Virus record (IMG/VR): IMGVR_UViG_3300037524_002067
Coordinates: 1-64,000 of that record
Length of the DNA: 64,000 nucleotides
Strand: one strand, 5' to 3'
Origin: a virus
The notes beneath the pieces were generated by a model, which did not search any database, was not told where the DNA came from, and saw only the letters and a program-made list of their open reading frames with translations. The translations under genes were made by a program, and so were the position numbers. This document shows positions 41,137 to 52,421 of this stretch, piece by piece (position 1 is the first letter of the stretch; every line of letters starts with the position of its first letter).

Positions 41137-42048
41137 TCAAATATTTTTTTCATCCAAATCTTCATTTGAACCAAATTCATCATTGTCAATCAAATCAGAA
41201 TCCTCTAATATCATACCAATTTGTGGTTTTTCTTGTGGAACTTCAGTGGTATCTTTTTTTTCTACAACTGGTTTATCCTTTGAATCAAGTAAGATTAGGT
41301 TTTTAATGTGAGACAAAACCCTATCACCACTTTCTTTAAATCTTATATCTGCAAAACCTTTATCAACTTTTATAACAAAAGCCATATCGTCTATATATTT
41401 ACCAAGATATCTATGATCTTGCGAAGTCATTGCTTTTTCATCCAAACGTACCCAATCTCCATGTTTTAAATCTTTTAACAAAGATATTTTTTGAGTAGCC
41501 AAACGATTTTGGTAATAATTTCTAAAAAACTCTACCATAATTAGCTTACGATCATTAGAAAGAGGTTTTAATGGTTCGTCACTTTTTATTTCTTCTCTGT
41601 CCCACTTAGGACCTATCAACATAGCTGTAACACATATTTCTCCTATTGGACGAACATAATGCCATCCATCAATATGGGTCATATCATAATAAGCACCACC
41701 GTTTTCCAAAACAATTGTACATATTTTTGACGGTTCCTCAAGTCCTTTTCCATAACCAAGACCCATCTCATATTTTCCAGAAATTACATGCATAGCACTT
41801 GGCCAAGGATGCGGATGAAATAAAGCTTCTTCAGTTTTACATGCATGAATCCAATGTAAAAGCACTCTATAATTACCTATTTGAGCCCAAATGCGTTCTA
41901 CAATTGGCGGATGATAATCAATCATGATTGATTGCCAATTATTTGGGTCTTGTAAAAGCCCAAGCAAAACTTTATCTTCAATTTGTTGTAGTTTTTTTAT
42001 CATTTTTTTATTGTAACTTTGTGTCATAAATTTCGTATAAAGATACAA
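41137..42048 (-). CDS. Cupin-fold protein
   Basis: HPHPWPS...GKYEM...WHYV. Confidence 0.6.
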   Translation of the reverse strand: MYLYTKFMTQSYNKKMIKKLQQIEDKVLLGLLQDPNNWQSIMIDYHPPIVERIWAQIGNYRVLLHWIHACKTEEALFHPHPWPSAMHVISGKYEMGLGYGKGLEEPSKICTIVLENGGAYYDMTHIDGWHYVRPIGEICVTAMLIGPKWDREEIKSDEPLKPLSNDRKLIMVEFFRNYYQNRLATQKISLLKDLKHGDWVRLDEKAMTSQDHRYLGKYIDDMAFVIKVDKGFADIRFKESGDRVLSHIKNLILLDSKDKPVVEKKDTTEVPQEKPQIGMILEDSDLIDNDEFGSNEDLDEKNI

Positions 42049-42299
42049 ATAACTGAGCTAAAATGGAACAATTGCTAAATAAAAACTATGATTTTGTTAT
42101 TTTTGCTGATCAAAAATCACTAGATAGAATCAGTAAAAAAATAGCTTTTTCATGCGCTAAAATAACTCTTGTTGAAGATAATTTTTTACACATAAAAACA
42201 GTTTTTAATTTCAATGAAATACTTGATAATTTAAATGACGAAAACTGTAAAATACAGATGGTTGGAGAAAAAACTGGAATTGCTATTGATGCTCCGTGT

Positions 42300-42944
42300 T
42301 TAAATTAAACTCATTATTTTATCTTGAGTTTGCACATCTACAGTATCCATAAAGGATAACAAACCCATTTCAACAGATGGGTTATTTTTTTTGTAAACCC
42401 TTTCTTGTTTGGCATCAACCACCCATTGTGTGCCATTAACATTCACAGTTGGCAACACATTTTTTTCTTGAGTTGAAACTTGTTTTGGTGGTGCTGAGGT
42501 TAGCTTTTTCAAATCTTTATCAGTAAGATTAAAATCGCCATTTTTATCTTTTTCAATGTAGTCTTTTAATCTGTCTATATTCAAATGTATCTGTGTGTTT
42601 TTTGGTCTATATGTACTATCGCCAAAAACAATAGTTTCCATATCATTTGCCCTTATAACTACCCACACGAAACTACCCTCAGAATGCTCTGTTTTTCCAT
42701 TAACCTCTTGATGATAAACATATTTGTTTGGGCCTTTCATAAGTAAAATGCCAACATTATCTTGTCCAGGAAAATTAACCTTGTTAACAAATTCAATCAT
42801 TGACTTTATTTTTGATTGAATTTCTGGTTTTTCGTTATTGAAATTTGTAAACGTGCTTTGTAATCTATCATACACCCTTTCTTTAAAGTGTGGAGTTGCC
42901 ACAGCCTCTTTCAAGATGTTTCTTATGTATAAACGCAAGTTCAT
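42300..42944 (-). CDS. Hypothetical protein
   Basis: N-terminal LRLYIRNILKE motif. Confidence 0.55.
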   Translation of the reverse strand: MNLRLYIRNILKEAVATPHFKERVYDRLQSTFTNFNNEKPEIQSKIKSMIEFVNKVNFPGQDNVGILLMKGPNKYVYHQEVNGKTEHSEGSFVWVVIRANDMETIVFGDSTYRPKNTQIHLNIDRLKDYIEKDKNGDFNLTDKDLKKLTSAPPKQVSTQEKNVLPTVNVNGTQWVVDAKQERVYKKNNPSVEMGLLSFMDTVDVQTQDKIMSLI

Positions 42945-43004
42945 TTTTGTTTATAAATAGGTCAAAAACAAGAAAATAACACCTATTTATAAACAAAAAA
43001 GATA

Positions 43005-44780
43005 ATGGAACTTAATTTTGACCCAGAAAAAATAAAAAAACTTCTTGAAAACATGGAAACTAGGCAATTAAAAAAGCTTAGTGAAAAATTTGAAGATGAT
43101 GATGAGGAAAATCTAGGCGTTTATTCAAGTGGTTTTGATGCTTCTGAAATGGATGGCGATGCTTTAGCTGCTGCTATGGCAGATTTCAAAAAAGATAACA
43201 TAGATTTTGTACCATTAGGGAAAAGTAAATTCGAAAAAAATCTTGACATTGATCAAATGAAGTCAGATCTTTCTGCTGACAATTTAAATTTACCAAAACG
43301 TAAAGCTGAGTTATCAAAACACCAAAACACTCTAGATAAAAGATATAAACATGAAAAAAGATTTGGCGTTGGTTCTTTAAATGAGTGGGAAGGACCTCAA
43401 CCTGGAGATTCAGAATATCACAATCCAGGTCCAAATAAAAAACAACATGGCATAAGCAGATTTAACGAAATAGACTGGCAAGTACTCCACGAAACTTTGG
43501 TTGCAAATGAAGAGTTTATGAATACTGGCAAAGTAGAAGGTAATCCAAGATTCTATAAAATATACGCCAGCGATCTTACAGATTCTGATGAGGGAATGTT
43601 GACAAATGAAGACTTAAATCTTTTAGTTGCACATGATATTGTTAATGTATATAAAAACAATATAGAACTTGTTGATGATAAATTTTTAGATTACAATACA
43701 TTTTATCAAGCAGTTCAAGATGCGTGGGCTAAAGGATTTCCTCCAGTTCACAATGATAACAGTTCCGAGATGCCTTTTTTAAGAGGTAGAGAACTTGATG
43801 AGGAAGTAAGTGATGAAGAAGAAAAGGAGTTTAATTTTGATCAAAAATCTCTTTATCATTTTCTACAAGATGCATTTGATCAACTTTCCATTTACAACGA
43901 AGCTGAAGCAGCTAAAATTTTAGAAGCTGAACTTTTAAAGTATTATGATATCAAACCAAAAAAAATGTTTGAAGGTGCTGGCTTGATTAGGCCAAAAGAT
44001 GCTAACGGTATTGATATTACAAATAAAGCAAGAGTTAAACACCTAGAAAGTGGCGCTGTTGGACACGTTTTACACCCTGGATACAACAATGGAGAACAAA
44101 CAATTCATGTAGCTTGGCTAGACAATTCATTATCACAAATGCCACCAAAAGAAGTTCTTCCGTCTGAAATCGTTGTAGATGACGATACAAGAGTTGTTAG
44201 AGAAGCAACAGCTCGCACTATTTCTAATGGTAGAGCTGCAAACGCTAGACCAGAAACTTACCCAGCGTATTTTGAAAGAGATGTAAACAACAAAAATTTA
44301 GCTTACACTGGTGTACCAGAAATGTCTCTTGCAAATAAAATTTCAAACACAGAACTTGATATTATGGCAAACGTTAAAGCTATGAACGCTCAAAAAGAAG
44401 ATCCACTTATGAATCTTGTACCAAAACCAGCTGTTGAAACTATAAAATACACAATGTATGAAAAAGAAAGACTTGAAGAAGGTTATGATTTTGCAGCAGA
44501 TGAAAGACAATTTTTTAACCAATTAAATCAACAAGAGCTTGATCAATATGTTGGAAAAGAAATAAAAATTATAAATTCTGATATAGTCATAGATCTTGCT
44601 AATAATAGCGAAAAAAGATTGAACTCTATAATGGATGATCTTAAAAATGAATTAAACTCTCAAAGAATTAAAAACAACAGAGTTGTGGCTAGTGATTATT
44701 TAGATACACAGTGGGTATTTAACATAAACAAAGTTGATGACAACAGCGTGTATTTAGAATTTGAAGGTACTGCAAAATAA
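43005..44780 (+). CDS. Large acidic phage protein
   Basis: 591-aa ORF after CTATTTAT. Confidence 0.6.
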   Translation: MELNFDPEKIKKLLENMETRQLKKLSEKFEDDDEENLGVYSSGFDASEMDGDALAAAMADFKKDNIDFVPLGKSKFEKNLDIDQMKSDLSADNLNLPKRKAELSKHQNTLDKRYKHEKRFGVGSLNEWEGPQPGDSEYHNPGPNKKQHGISRFNEIDWQVLHETLVANEEFMNTGKVEGNPRFYKIYASDLTDSDEGMLTNEDLNLLVAHDIVNVYKNNIELVDDKFLDYNTFYQAVQDAWAKGFPPVHNDNSSEMPFLRGRELDEEVSDEEEKEFNFDQKSLYHFLQDAFDQLSIYNEAEAAKILEAELLKYYDIKPKKMFEGAGLIRPKDANGIDITNKARVKHLESGAVGHVLHPGYNNGEQTIHVAWLDNSLSQMPPKEVLPSEIVVDDDTRVVREATARTISNGRAANARPETYPAYFERDVNNKNLAYTGVPEMSLANKISNTELDIMANVKAMNAQKEDPLMNLVPKPAVETIKYTMYEKERLEEGYDFAADERQFFNQLNQQELDQYVGKEIKIINSDIVIDLANNSEKRLNSIMDDLKNELNSQRIKNNRVVASDYLDTQWVFNINKVDDNSVYLEFEGTAK

Positions 44781-45621
44781 AACGATAAACATATGAAGTT
44801 TTTTAGTAACGATCCAAAAAAAACAAGAACTTACTCAGGTAAGCTCTCAAAACAATCTAGTTGGTTTAAAGTAGATAAAGATATTATCTTTGAAGATTCT
44901 TTTAAATATTGGTTTGCTCTTATGTGGCAAAACAAATATTTACATATAGGTGTTGTTGGTTTTATAGCTACAATAATTGAATTATTTAAATATAATGACC
45001 TGGTAGATACCTTTTACAAAAACATGCATGCAGATGGTTTCTTGGGTGGTTTATTTACATTTTTTGGGTGCATTATATTACCAGCAATGTTTCTTGTAGT
45101 TTTATACAAGGGATGGTGGCAATATTTTGACGACATGAAAAAGGGTATATCTAGATAATGGAAGTATATATAAATAGAGAATCCACAGGTCAAAAAATAG
45201 TTCTGAAAAATGGGCATGAAAAAACTTGTATTTCTCAAACAAGATCTGCTTTATTAATCGCCCCAAACAAATTAGAAATCGGACTTCTTTCACCAGATTT
45301 TATTTTACATATTGGTGAAATCGCTTATGAAGTTTATAACAGAGGTTATTTGTTAAAAGTGAACGATAACGAATATGCCTTTTTTCAATATGGAAATGTA
45401 TTATATGAGATCTTGAATTCTGAACTTAAAAAAGAACTTGAAAATGATCCAAAAATATTTCTTGAAGGTGGGGGTATAAAACCAAAAATATTGAGTTAAA
45501 TGCTCAAAAAAATACGACCTAGGGCCGTGGCTAGCGAAATCTAGTCGAAACCTCACCTAAATCGCTATCAGGTGGGGTTTCTTTTTTTGTTTTTCTATTA
45601 ATATTTATATAAAAATAATTC

Positions 45622-46818
45622 ATGATAACACCATATAAAAAACCTTCTCAAACATCTACAAAACCAACATCAAAAACGCAGCCAAAAAGCAGAGATAAAG
45701 ATGTAAATGATGTTTTAAAAAGAAAAATAGATAATATGCTTTCTTTCTATACGAGAAGATACCCATATAATTTTATAGAGTCTGCTAGTGAACAATTAAA
45801 ACACTATATAGATTCTGGTCAAATAAAACAATTTCGTTTTGATCTTGGTGGAAACTCTAAATTAAACACATTGCTCACAGCTGGTTTAATGACAATTGCA
45901 ATTAATAACAATGATGATAATGCTAAAAAAATTGTTGAGAAATCTCTTTTACCTTCAGAAAATCCAATTTTTAGAGACAGAATAATAAGGAGCTACAACA
46001 GTAGTGGAAGTGCTGAATTTCCTATTGAAAAACTTACTAACGATGTAATTAAAATAGTTGATGATTCATTTCATTATGCATTTAATGATGCCTGGAAACA
46101 ATGGATCCACGATAACACCAGGGAAAACAAAATTATTCTTGGTGGTTTTATCGGAGAAATTGACAGCAGACTCACTGGAAAACAGGGAAAATTTACAGGT
46201 AGTGGATTTCCACACCGATGGAATTCTTATAATAAAAGCCCAAACAAATTCAAACAAGAGCCCGCTGGACCTCAAAAAATAGATCAATCTAAACACACAA
46301 TAAGCGATATTGTTAAATACATTTATGGTAAAAAAGATAATGAGGGTTTTGCTAGAATGGATGCATTTAATAAAGCAAATGCTGAAATATACAAGCTTTT
46401 ATTTACCAATATAAAAAACCCATTAATTGCAAAAGCATTTGATGGAGTTGTGGGTTCTAAATTAGATTATGATGAGATAGCGAGCTCAAGCAAAGATTTC
46501 AAAAAAGATCCAAAATTTGTAAAAAGTGTTTTTCAAAATTTACAAAAAAGTGCCCAAGCTGTAAACTTCATTAATAATACATACAAAAAATTTGGTCTTA
46601 AATTACCAAGTTTTAACACATGGACGGCTTCAGACTTAAATAAAGGACCTTCAGATAGAGGAGAGCTCACGCCAGAAAAACCAGAAATTGGTAGGGATCC
46701 AAAAGGAAATCTTGCAAAAATAAAATACGACAAATATGGTGAAAAATCTTATATACCACTTCAAGAATTAAGAAATATCATCAAAGAGATATTACAAAAA
46801 CTATTAATAAACAACTAA
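45622..46818 (+). CDS. Hypothetical protein
   Basis: C-terminal ELRNIIKEIL motif. Confidence 0.55.
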   Translation: MITPYKKPSQTSTKPTSKTQPKSRDKDVNDVLKRKIDNMLSFYTRRYPYNFIESASEQLKHYIDSGQIKQFRFDLGGNSKLNTLLTAGLMTIAINNNDDNAKKIVEKSLLPSENPIFRDRIIRSYNSSGSAEFPIEKLTNDVIKIVDDSFHYAFNDAWKQWIHDNTRENKIILGGFIGEIDSRLTGKQGKFTGSGFPHRWNSYNKSPNKFKQEPAGPQKIDQSKHTISDIVKYIYGKKDNEGFARMDAFNKANAEIYKLLFTNIKNPLIAKAFDGVVGSKLDYDEIASSSKDFKKDPKFVKSVFQNLQKSAQAVNFINNTYKKFGLKLPSFNTWTASDLNKGPSDRGELTPEKPEIGRDPKGNLAKIKYDKYGEKSYIPLQELRNIIKEILQKLLINN

Positions 46819-46830
46819 AAATCCAACATT

Positions 46831-46983
46831 ATGGCAGCAGCAACAGCAAAAAAACAAACCGCTTCACCAACTCTTAGAGTAAAGTCAAAGAAAAAAAGAC
46901 CTGGGGTTCATAGCAAAAAAAAGCAAGCTAATTTGAAATCTTCTAAGAATTATTCTAAGAAGTATGTTGGTCAGGGTAGATAA
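46831..46983 (+). CDS. 50-aa basic protein not in the ORF track (…RPGVHSKK…KKYVGQGR)
   Basis: Clean ORF between two + strand genes. Confidence 0.65.
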   Translation: MAAATAKKQTASPTLRVKSKKKRPGVHSKKKQANLKSSKNYSKKYVGQGR

Positions 46984-47013
46984 AAAATTAAATCATCATA
47001 AAAATAAAAGAAT

Positions 47014-47736
47014 ATGACACAAAATGAGTCAAAAGGTTTATGGGCCAACATACACGCCAAAAGAGAAAGAGGAGAGTCTCCAGCAAAACCTGGAGATAAA
47101 GATTATCCAAAAAAAGACGCTTGGGAAAAGGCTAAAAACGAAAACAACAACTATGTAGAAGATAACGAAAAAGAAGGTGGTTATTATAAAATGACTCTCT
47201 TGAATATAAAAAGCATGTCAGAAGATATTAATGATTTAGTTGGCGAAGATGATGATTTACCATCGTGGATTCAAGATAAAATTACAATAGCTGAACACAA
47301 CATGGATGCTATTTTGGGCTATCTAATTTCCAAAAACCCAGATGCTTTTGAATACGCTTCAGATGATGAAGACGAATTAGACGATGAAGAGCTGGAGGAA
47401 GCTTGCAATTATTTAAAAAAATCAAACAAATTCAAATCAAAAGATGGCAATTTTGAATTATACGAACTAGATGAGAACAGCAATTCCGACTTAAACGAAG
47501 CAGAGTATCAAGGGAGAAAAGTTAAGTTGGGAAAAATAATGAGAGGTGATGTAAAAAAATTTAAAGTATTCGTAAAAAAACCAAACGGAAAAATTGTAAA
47601 AGTTAACTTTGGTGATCCCAATATGAGAATTAAAAAAAATATTCCAGCAAGAAGAAAGTCTTTTAGAGCAAGACATCGTTGTGATAATCCAGGCCCAAGG
47701 TGGAAAGCTAAATACTGGGCATGCAGAACTTGGTAA
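47014..47736 (+). CDS. Conserved phage protein
   Basis: GLWANIHAKR N-terminus; KVNFGD...RRKSFRARHRC...YWAC C-terminus. Confidence 0.65.
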   Translation: MTQNESKGLWANIHAKRERGESPAKPGDKDYPKKDAWEKAKNENNNYVEDNEKEGGYYKMTLLNIKSMSEDINDLVGEDDDLPSWIQDKITIAEHNMDAILGYLISKNPDAFEYASDDEDELDDEELEEACNYLKKSNKFKSKDGNFELYELDENSNSDLNEAEYQGRKVKLGKIMRGDVKKFKVFVKKPNGKIVKVNFGDPNMRIKKNIPARRKSFRARHRCDNPGPRWKAKYWACRTW

Positions 47737-48233
47737 AATTAAAAATGAAATTCTTTGTTTATATACTACTTTTTTTCAACCTCAACCTGATTGCGGCGCA
47801 AGAGTTTTGCGACTATTACGAAGACACAACAAAAATGCAATTGGTAAGAGTGGACATGAAAGAACAAATGAGAAACACTCTATTTGAGTGTTTAAAAAAT
47901 GGTGACATAAAAGATATCATGATATTTTTAGATCCTAGTCTAAACTTCATTTATGTAAAAGACACTTCAGTTATAAAAAATCAAATTGTCACCGAATATG
48001 AAGCTATAGAAATATTAAAAAATGTTGAAAAGGTTGATTACAATTTTTTTAAAATACAATATGATCTATATCATGATGGAAATTATATGATCATAGCTAG
48101 ATTATATAAATCAGATATGGAAATTATTCCACTAATGAACATTTACTTCATTTTCTCAAAATATAGCTTCGTTAAAGCCATTGCAGTGCAGTGGGGAATT
48201 ACAAAATAAACATACTGGGAAATTAAAAACTAG

Positions 48234-48318
48234 AAGCGGGGGTCAGATTCGAACTGACGTTCTCTTTCGAGTTAAAGGTTATGAGCCTTCGCTGGATCCA
48301 ACTCCAGTCGACCCCGCA
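48234..48318 (-). tRNA. tRNA-Met(CAT), initiator-like, with long variable arm
   Basis: 1:72 mismatch; loop CTCATAA. Confidence 0.75.
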
Positions 48319-48323
48319 ATTTG

Positions 48324-48468
48324 TTGCAATGGTTGGAATTGCACCAACTTTCTCTGACTTAGCGCCAGCGAGTTTTAGGTAGATAAATCCACAAACTACA
48401 AACACATATTACGTAATTCTATGTTTGCTAAAAGGATTCCATATAACCTTCTGTCTCTCTCCATTGCG
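48324..48468 (-). ncRNA. tRNA-shell RNA (acceptor and T arm with a large insert)
   Basis: CGCAATG/CATTGCA-A; T arm GTTGG-TGCAATT-CCAAC. Confidence 0.45.
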
Positions 48469-48481
48469 AGAGTTTGTTCTG

Positions 48482-48565
48482 TACCAGCGGTGGGACTCAA
48501 ACCCACAATACCACAGGGTATCCGCTTATGAGGCGGACGCAATTATCACATCTGCTCACACTGGC
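48482..48565 (-). tRNA. tRNA-Met(CAT) with long variable arm
   Basis: TCCGC-CTCATAA-GCGGA. Confidence 0.8.
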
Positions 48566-48606
48566 ATATTTATAGACACCATTATAATGTCTATAAATTT
48601 TTCTTG

Positions 48607-48877
48607 TTGAATAGACAGGATTTTAACCTGTGAACACGTTATGTGATCTGTGTTACACACAGACGGTTTTAACACTTACCTACTATCCATGACATGATTT
48701 CTCATTTACTAATACTGTTTCAATTAGATCGAGCGTTGCATGCCACGCCGAGAGAGTTCGTGTTTGGCGGATGTTATCTCACTCACAACTATCAACACTA
48801 TGTTTAGATGCTGGGATGTTTTGCATCCATCTTATCAATTACACTGAATGGTGAAGCACCAATTCCAGCATACTCAA
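48607..48877 (-). ncRNA. tRNA-shell RNA with a ~200 nt insert
   Basis: TTGAGTA/TATTCAA stem, D-like GCTGGAATTGGT, T arm ACAGG-TTAAAAT-CCTGT. Confidence 0.45.
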
Positions 48878-49025
48878 TATTTTCAAAACCATTTTCTTTG
48901 GTTATCAAAGACTCACTCTCGCTAATAGCTCCAGTAAATTTATCAAACCCTTTTTTGTTTTCAATCTTGCCAGTTGAAGGATTGTAATAAAATTAATTTT
49001 TACCTATTTATAATAAAACAATTTT

Positions 49026-49709
49026 ATGAAACCACTTTACACTACTAAAGAATTTAATTTAGCTAAATCTTTTGATAAATTACCTTGTGAATGCTATCAT
49101 TGTAAACAGCCATTTTTAATTTATAAAACTCGAATTGTTGATGTTTTAAGACCAAATAATAAAGTTAAAACAAAAGCAAAATATTGCTCAAAAGAATGCT
49201 CTTCAAAAGCTAGGAGTTTAAAAATAACCTATCAATGCCATCATTGCGGAAAGGAATGTGTTAAAAAAGCATCTCAAATCAAACTATCAAAATCAGGGTT
49301 TAATTTTTGTTCAAAACATTGCACATCTTCTTATCATATTAAACATAAAAACTACGGAACTAATCGTTCAAAACTAGAACAATGGATTGCTGAACAATTA
49401 ATTATAAAATATCCAGATCTTAATATTAAATACAACGATACTGAAACACTTAACGGATTAGAATTAGATATTTATATCCCATCCTTACAGATTGCTTTCG
49501 AATTAAATGGCGTTTTTCATTATGAGCCAATTTTTGGACAAGACAAACTTGACAAAACAATAAAAAAAGATAAGAACAAAATGAGCCTTTGTTTAGAAAA
49601 CAAAATTGATTTATGCATAATTGATACTACGTCACAAAAATATTTTAAAGAACATACTTCACATAAGTTTTTAGACATTATATTAAACATAATCCAACAG
49701 CGTTTATAA
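49026..49709 (+). CDS. Zn-finger + PD-(D/E)xK-type endonuclease
   Basis: Repeated CxxC and YCS..C; ELDIYIPSLQIAFELNGVFHY. Confidence 0.75.
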   Translation: MKPLYTTKEFNLAKSFDKLPCECYHCKQPFLIYKTRIVDVLRPNNKVKTKAKYCSKECSSKARSLKITYQCHHCGKECVKKASQIKLSKSGFNFCSKHCTSSYHIKHKNYGTNRSKLEQWIAEQLIIKYPDLNIKYNDTETLNGLELDIYIPSLQIAFELNGVFHYEPIFGQDKLDKTIKKDKNKMSLCLENKIDLCIIDTTSQKYFKEHTSHKFLDIILNIIQQRL

Positions 49710-50228
49710 TTTATTGAATTGAATTCTTAAATCATGGATCTTTCTTTGATAATCTGAAACACTGATTTCTTTGGTGTTTGACGTTTTCTTCGTCAACTCA
49801 CTACGCATTTCATCTTCCAAAAATTTAATCCTCTCCTGAAGTTTTAACTTCTTCTTTTCTTGATTTACCATCACGTTCTTTTTTTAGCTCATTAATTATT
49901 TCTTGTAACACAATTGCATGTCGAGCATACACAGTCATTTGTGCTTTTATTTTTTCTATATGATCTATGGTTGTTAATTTTGATTTTAATCTATAACCGT
50001 CTCCATCATCATTGTTTTGATTTTGCATTTGTTTCTCTTTCTTCTTTCTACCGCATTGTTATAATCTACAACACACGTATCAATGTCATCTTCATATATA
50101 CGACATTTAATTTTTAAATTGCTTATTACATAAAACATTGACATAAACATCAAAGCTACAATAAGCGTTTTTTCCTTTTTTCAATTTCAATTTTTCATTT
50201 TTTTGTTTTTTTTTATTTGTTTTTCTTG

Positions 50229-50301
50229 AGCAGAAGAGGAGAATCGAACTCCCGTCCACGACTTGGCAAGCCATTGTAATAAGCCACTATACGACTTCTG
50301 C
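50229..50301 (-). tRNA. tRNA-Gly(GCC)
   Basis: Loop TTGCCAA; U73. Confidence 0.85.
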
Positions 50302-50375
50302 AGGAACAACCTCAGTCAACATTTTGCTACGAGTTACTGACGTAGTTTGGAGTTAACCTCTGGTTGCATTTTTTG

Positions 50376-50446
50376 AGCAAAGTATCGGATTCGAACCGCA
50401 CCCCGACATTGGAAGTGTCGTGCTCACCCTTCGAGCTCTACCTTGC
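50376..50446 (-). tRNA. tRNA-Gly(TCC) overlapping the HNH 3' end
   Basis: CGACA-CTTCCAA-TGTCG. Confidence 0.8.
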
Positions 50447-51059
50447 ATTTATTTATGTTTCTATTTCTTCCTCCGTGTGTATCTAAAGTCGCATTACAAT
50501 TTGGACATAATATTCTTAAATTTTCTAATCTATTATCGTTGTGAACGCCGTTTTCATGATCCAAAATTAAACTCATATGTGCACCATTCCATTCCTCCCC
50601 TTGCCCACACATTTCACATTTATTTTGTTTCAACCCCTCCCTATATAATCTATTTTTTAAAGATACAGTGTTGTTATAGGTTGAATTTTTAATTAATACA
50701 TTTTTTAAATCTATTTTTTTACTAAAAATAACTTGTTCTCCTTTATAATCAAAATGAGAAATATCAACCTCATATAAATTTATGTATTTTATAACTGTTT
50801 TACGATTCCCGTGCCCATCATTTAATTGTAATTTTCTAACAGCATCAGAATAACTTCTTGAATTTTTTATTATTTCAATAAATTCTTCTTTTACATATCT
50901 TTTGCTCCTCAAGTTTAATTTTAACTCTTTTGCTTTGTGTTTTACTGAATCTTTACTTCTATTAAGATTAACCATACAATAATTGACCCCGTATTCAACA
51001 TAATTAGAAATAACAAACTCAATTTCTTTTTCACTCCATTTTTTTGGTATTTTTTTCAT
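50424..51059 (-). CDS. HNH homing endonuclease
   Basis: LDHENGVHNDNRLENLRILCPNC. Confidence 0.9.
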   Translation of the reverse strand: MKKIPKKWSEKEIEFVISNYVEYGVNYCMVNLNRSKDSVKHKAKELKLNLRSKRYVKEEFIEIIKNSRSYSDAVRKLQLNDGHGNRKTVIKYINLYEVDISHFDYKGEQVIFSKKIDLKNVLIKNSTYNNTVSLKNRLYREGLKQNKCEMCGQGEEWNGAHMSLILDHENGVHNDNRLENLRILCPNCNATLDTHGGRNRNINKCKVELEG

Positions 51060-51120
51060 TGCTCTTTACTTTTATTATAAATATTGCCAAAAAAAGCAAA
51101 GTGCAATAAAAATGTTTTTG

Positions 51121-51203
51121 AGCGAGTTGGGGTAGTCGAAACCCCATATATGCATTGGAAGTGCATCATAATACGCCTTTAAGCTCCGTTATACTAAACT
51201 CGC
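51121..51203 (-). tRNA. tRNA-Gly(TCC) with expanded D loop
   Basis: ATGCA-CTTCCAA-TGCAT. Confidence 0.75.
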
Positions 51204-51456
51204 AGTTTACACATTTTCCTTTAATTTTCAGAGGGCGGCAATGTGTTAGCCTTTCTGCTACTCTTTATAAAACACATCCTGCATATTCGTCCCTAAGGAT
51301 AATGTTATTTTGCAGTGCATCCCCTTAAAGGAATGACGGAGGATATCCGTTTCTTGTGCTTCAATTGGTATGGGCATTGTAAAAAACAAGACTACAAACC
51401 CATCTTTACAGCGTTACACATCTACCCGTAGCTAGGTCACAGACATGGCGCAGTCG

Positions 51457-51575
51457 TGGGGAGAGCTAGACTCGAACTAGCATAGCCATTTAAGGCAGCG
51501 TGGTTACGACCACACAATGCTTACCGTACCGAGCTTCGATGATCAGTCGAAAAGCGTGTACATTGCCACCTCCCC
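51457..51575 (-). tRNA. Atypical Tyr-like tRNA with a ~40 nt D-loop insert
   Basis: Acceptor GGGGAG/CTCCCC, loop TCGTAA, Tyr-type variable arm, normal T arm. Confidence 0.45.
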
Positions 51576-51601
51576 AAATAATTTTTTTGATTTAAATACG
51601 A

Positions 51602-52063
51602 TTAATCGTCTTTTTTGCTGTTAGCGTATTTAACGCCCATTATCGTTCCAATAATACTGAAACTGTTTGTAAGCAAGATGCTAAACATATTGCTCCATGT
51701 TGATTCTATGATTTTTACCTCATAACCTTTTACAAGAGCTAGAACATATAACCCTGTTGTAATTAATCCAACTCCAAGTATAATCCCAAGAGCAACTTTT
51801 ACAATTTGACCAACCAATTGATTTTGAGTTTTCTTTTGTAAAACTTCAAGTTCATGAAGCGCATCTTCTTTTTCTTGAGCGTTTTTTTGGCTTTGCTCCA
51901 AATGCCACTTGTTTATTCTTCCAACACTTGTGCCAAGTTCACGAGCAACAGCAAATTGATTTTCAACATCTTTACCATTAAGTTTCCCTGTTCTTAAATA
52001 CTCTTCATAAAGCTTTATTTTGTCAGGTGTAAATTCATTGCCAGATGTTTCTTCTTTTGCCAT
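51602..52063 (-). CDS. Two-TM membrane protein
   Basis: Two hydrophobic helices; likely start MAKEE. Confidence 0.6.
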   Translation of the reverse strand: MAKEETSGNEFTPDKIKLYEEYLRTGKLNGKDVENQFAVARELGTSVGRINKWHLEQSQKNAQEKEDALHELEVLQKKTQNQLVGQIVKVALGIILGVGLITTGLYVLALVKGYEVKIIESTWSNMFSILLTNSFSIIGTIMGVKYANSKKDD

Positions 52064-52135
52064 TGTTCGTTGTTTTTTTACTATTATAAATAATAACAAA
52101 AAAACTTCGGGCACAGGTTTTTAAAAAATAATTTG

Positions 52136-52221
52136 TGGAAATGACGGGACTCGAACCCGCATTAGAACTTTCGTCCGTCCTGATTGCAAATCAGGTGCCT
52201 AACCAATTAGACTACATCCCC
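52136..52221 (-). tRNA. tRNA-Ala(TGC) with long variable arm
   Basis: G3:U70; loop TTTGCAA. Confidence 0.85.
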
Positions 52222-52226
52222 ATTTG

Positions 52227-52300
52227 TGGAGGTAAACGGATTCGAACCGATGACCCCCTGCGTGCAAGGCAGGTGCTCTAGCCAGCTGAGCTATACCCCC
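52227..52300 (-). tRNA. tRNA-Ala(TGC)
   Basis: Canonical cloverleaf; G3:U70. Confidence 0.95.
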
Positions 52301-52421
52301 AATTTAAAAAAATATGGCCTGGCATTGTGTTGATCAACCATGTATATCTCTTGTATACACAGCCAAGTTCGCCAATTTGTGTTACCGTAAAGAGAATGAA
52401 TAGGTAACCACCATATTTTTT

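Noticed and set aside
48607-48877. tmRNA or group I intron-containing tRNA
   Set aside because: No Ala-type acceptor (G3:U70), no evident tag ORF, and no group I core recognisable by eye.
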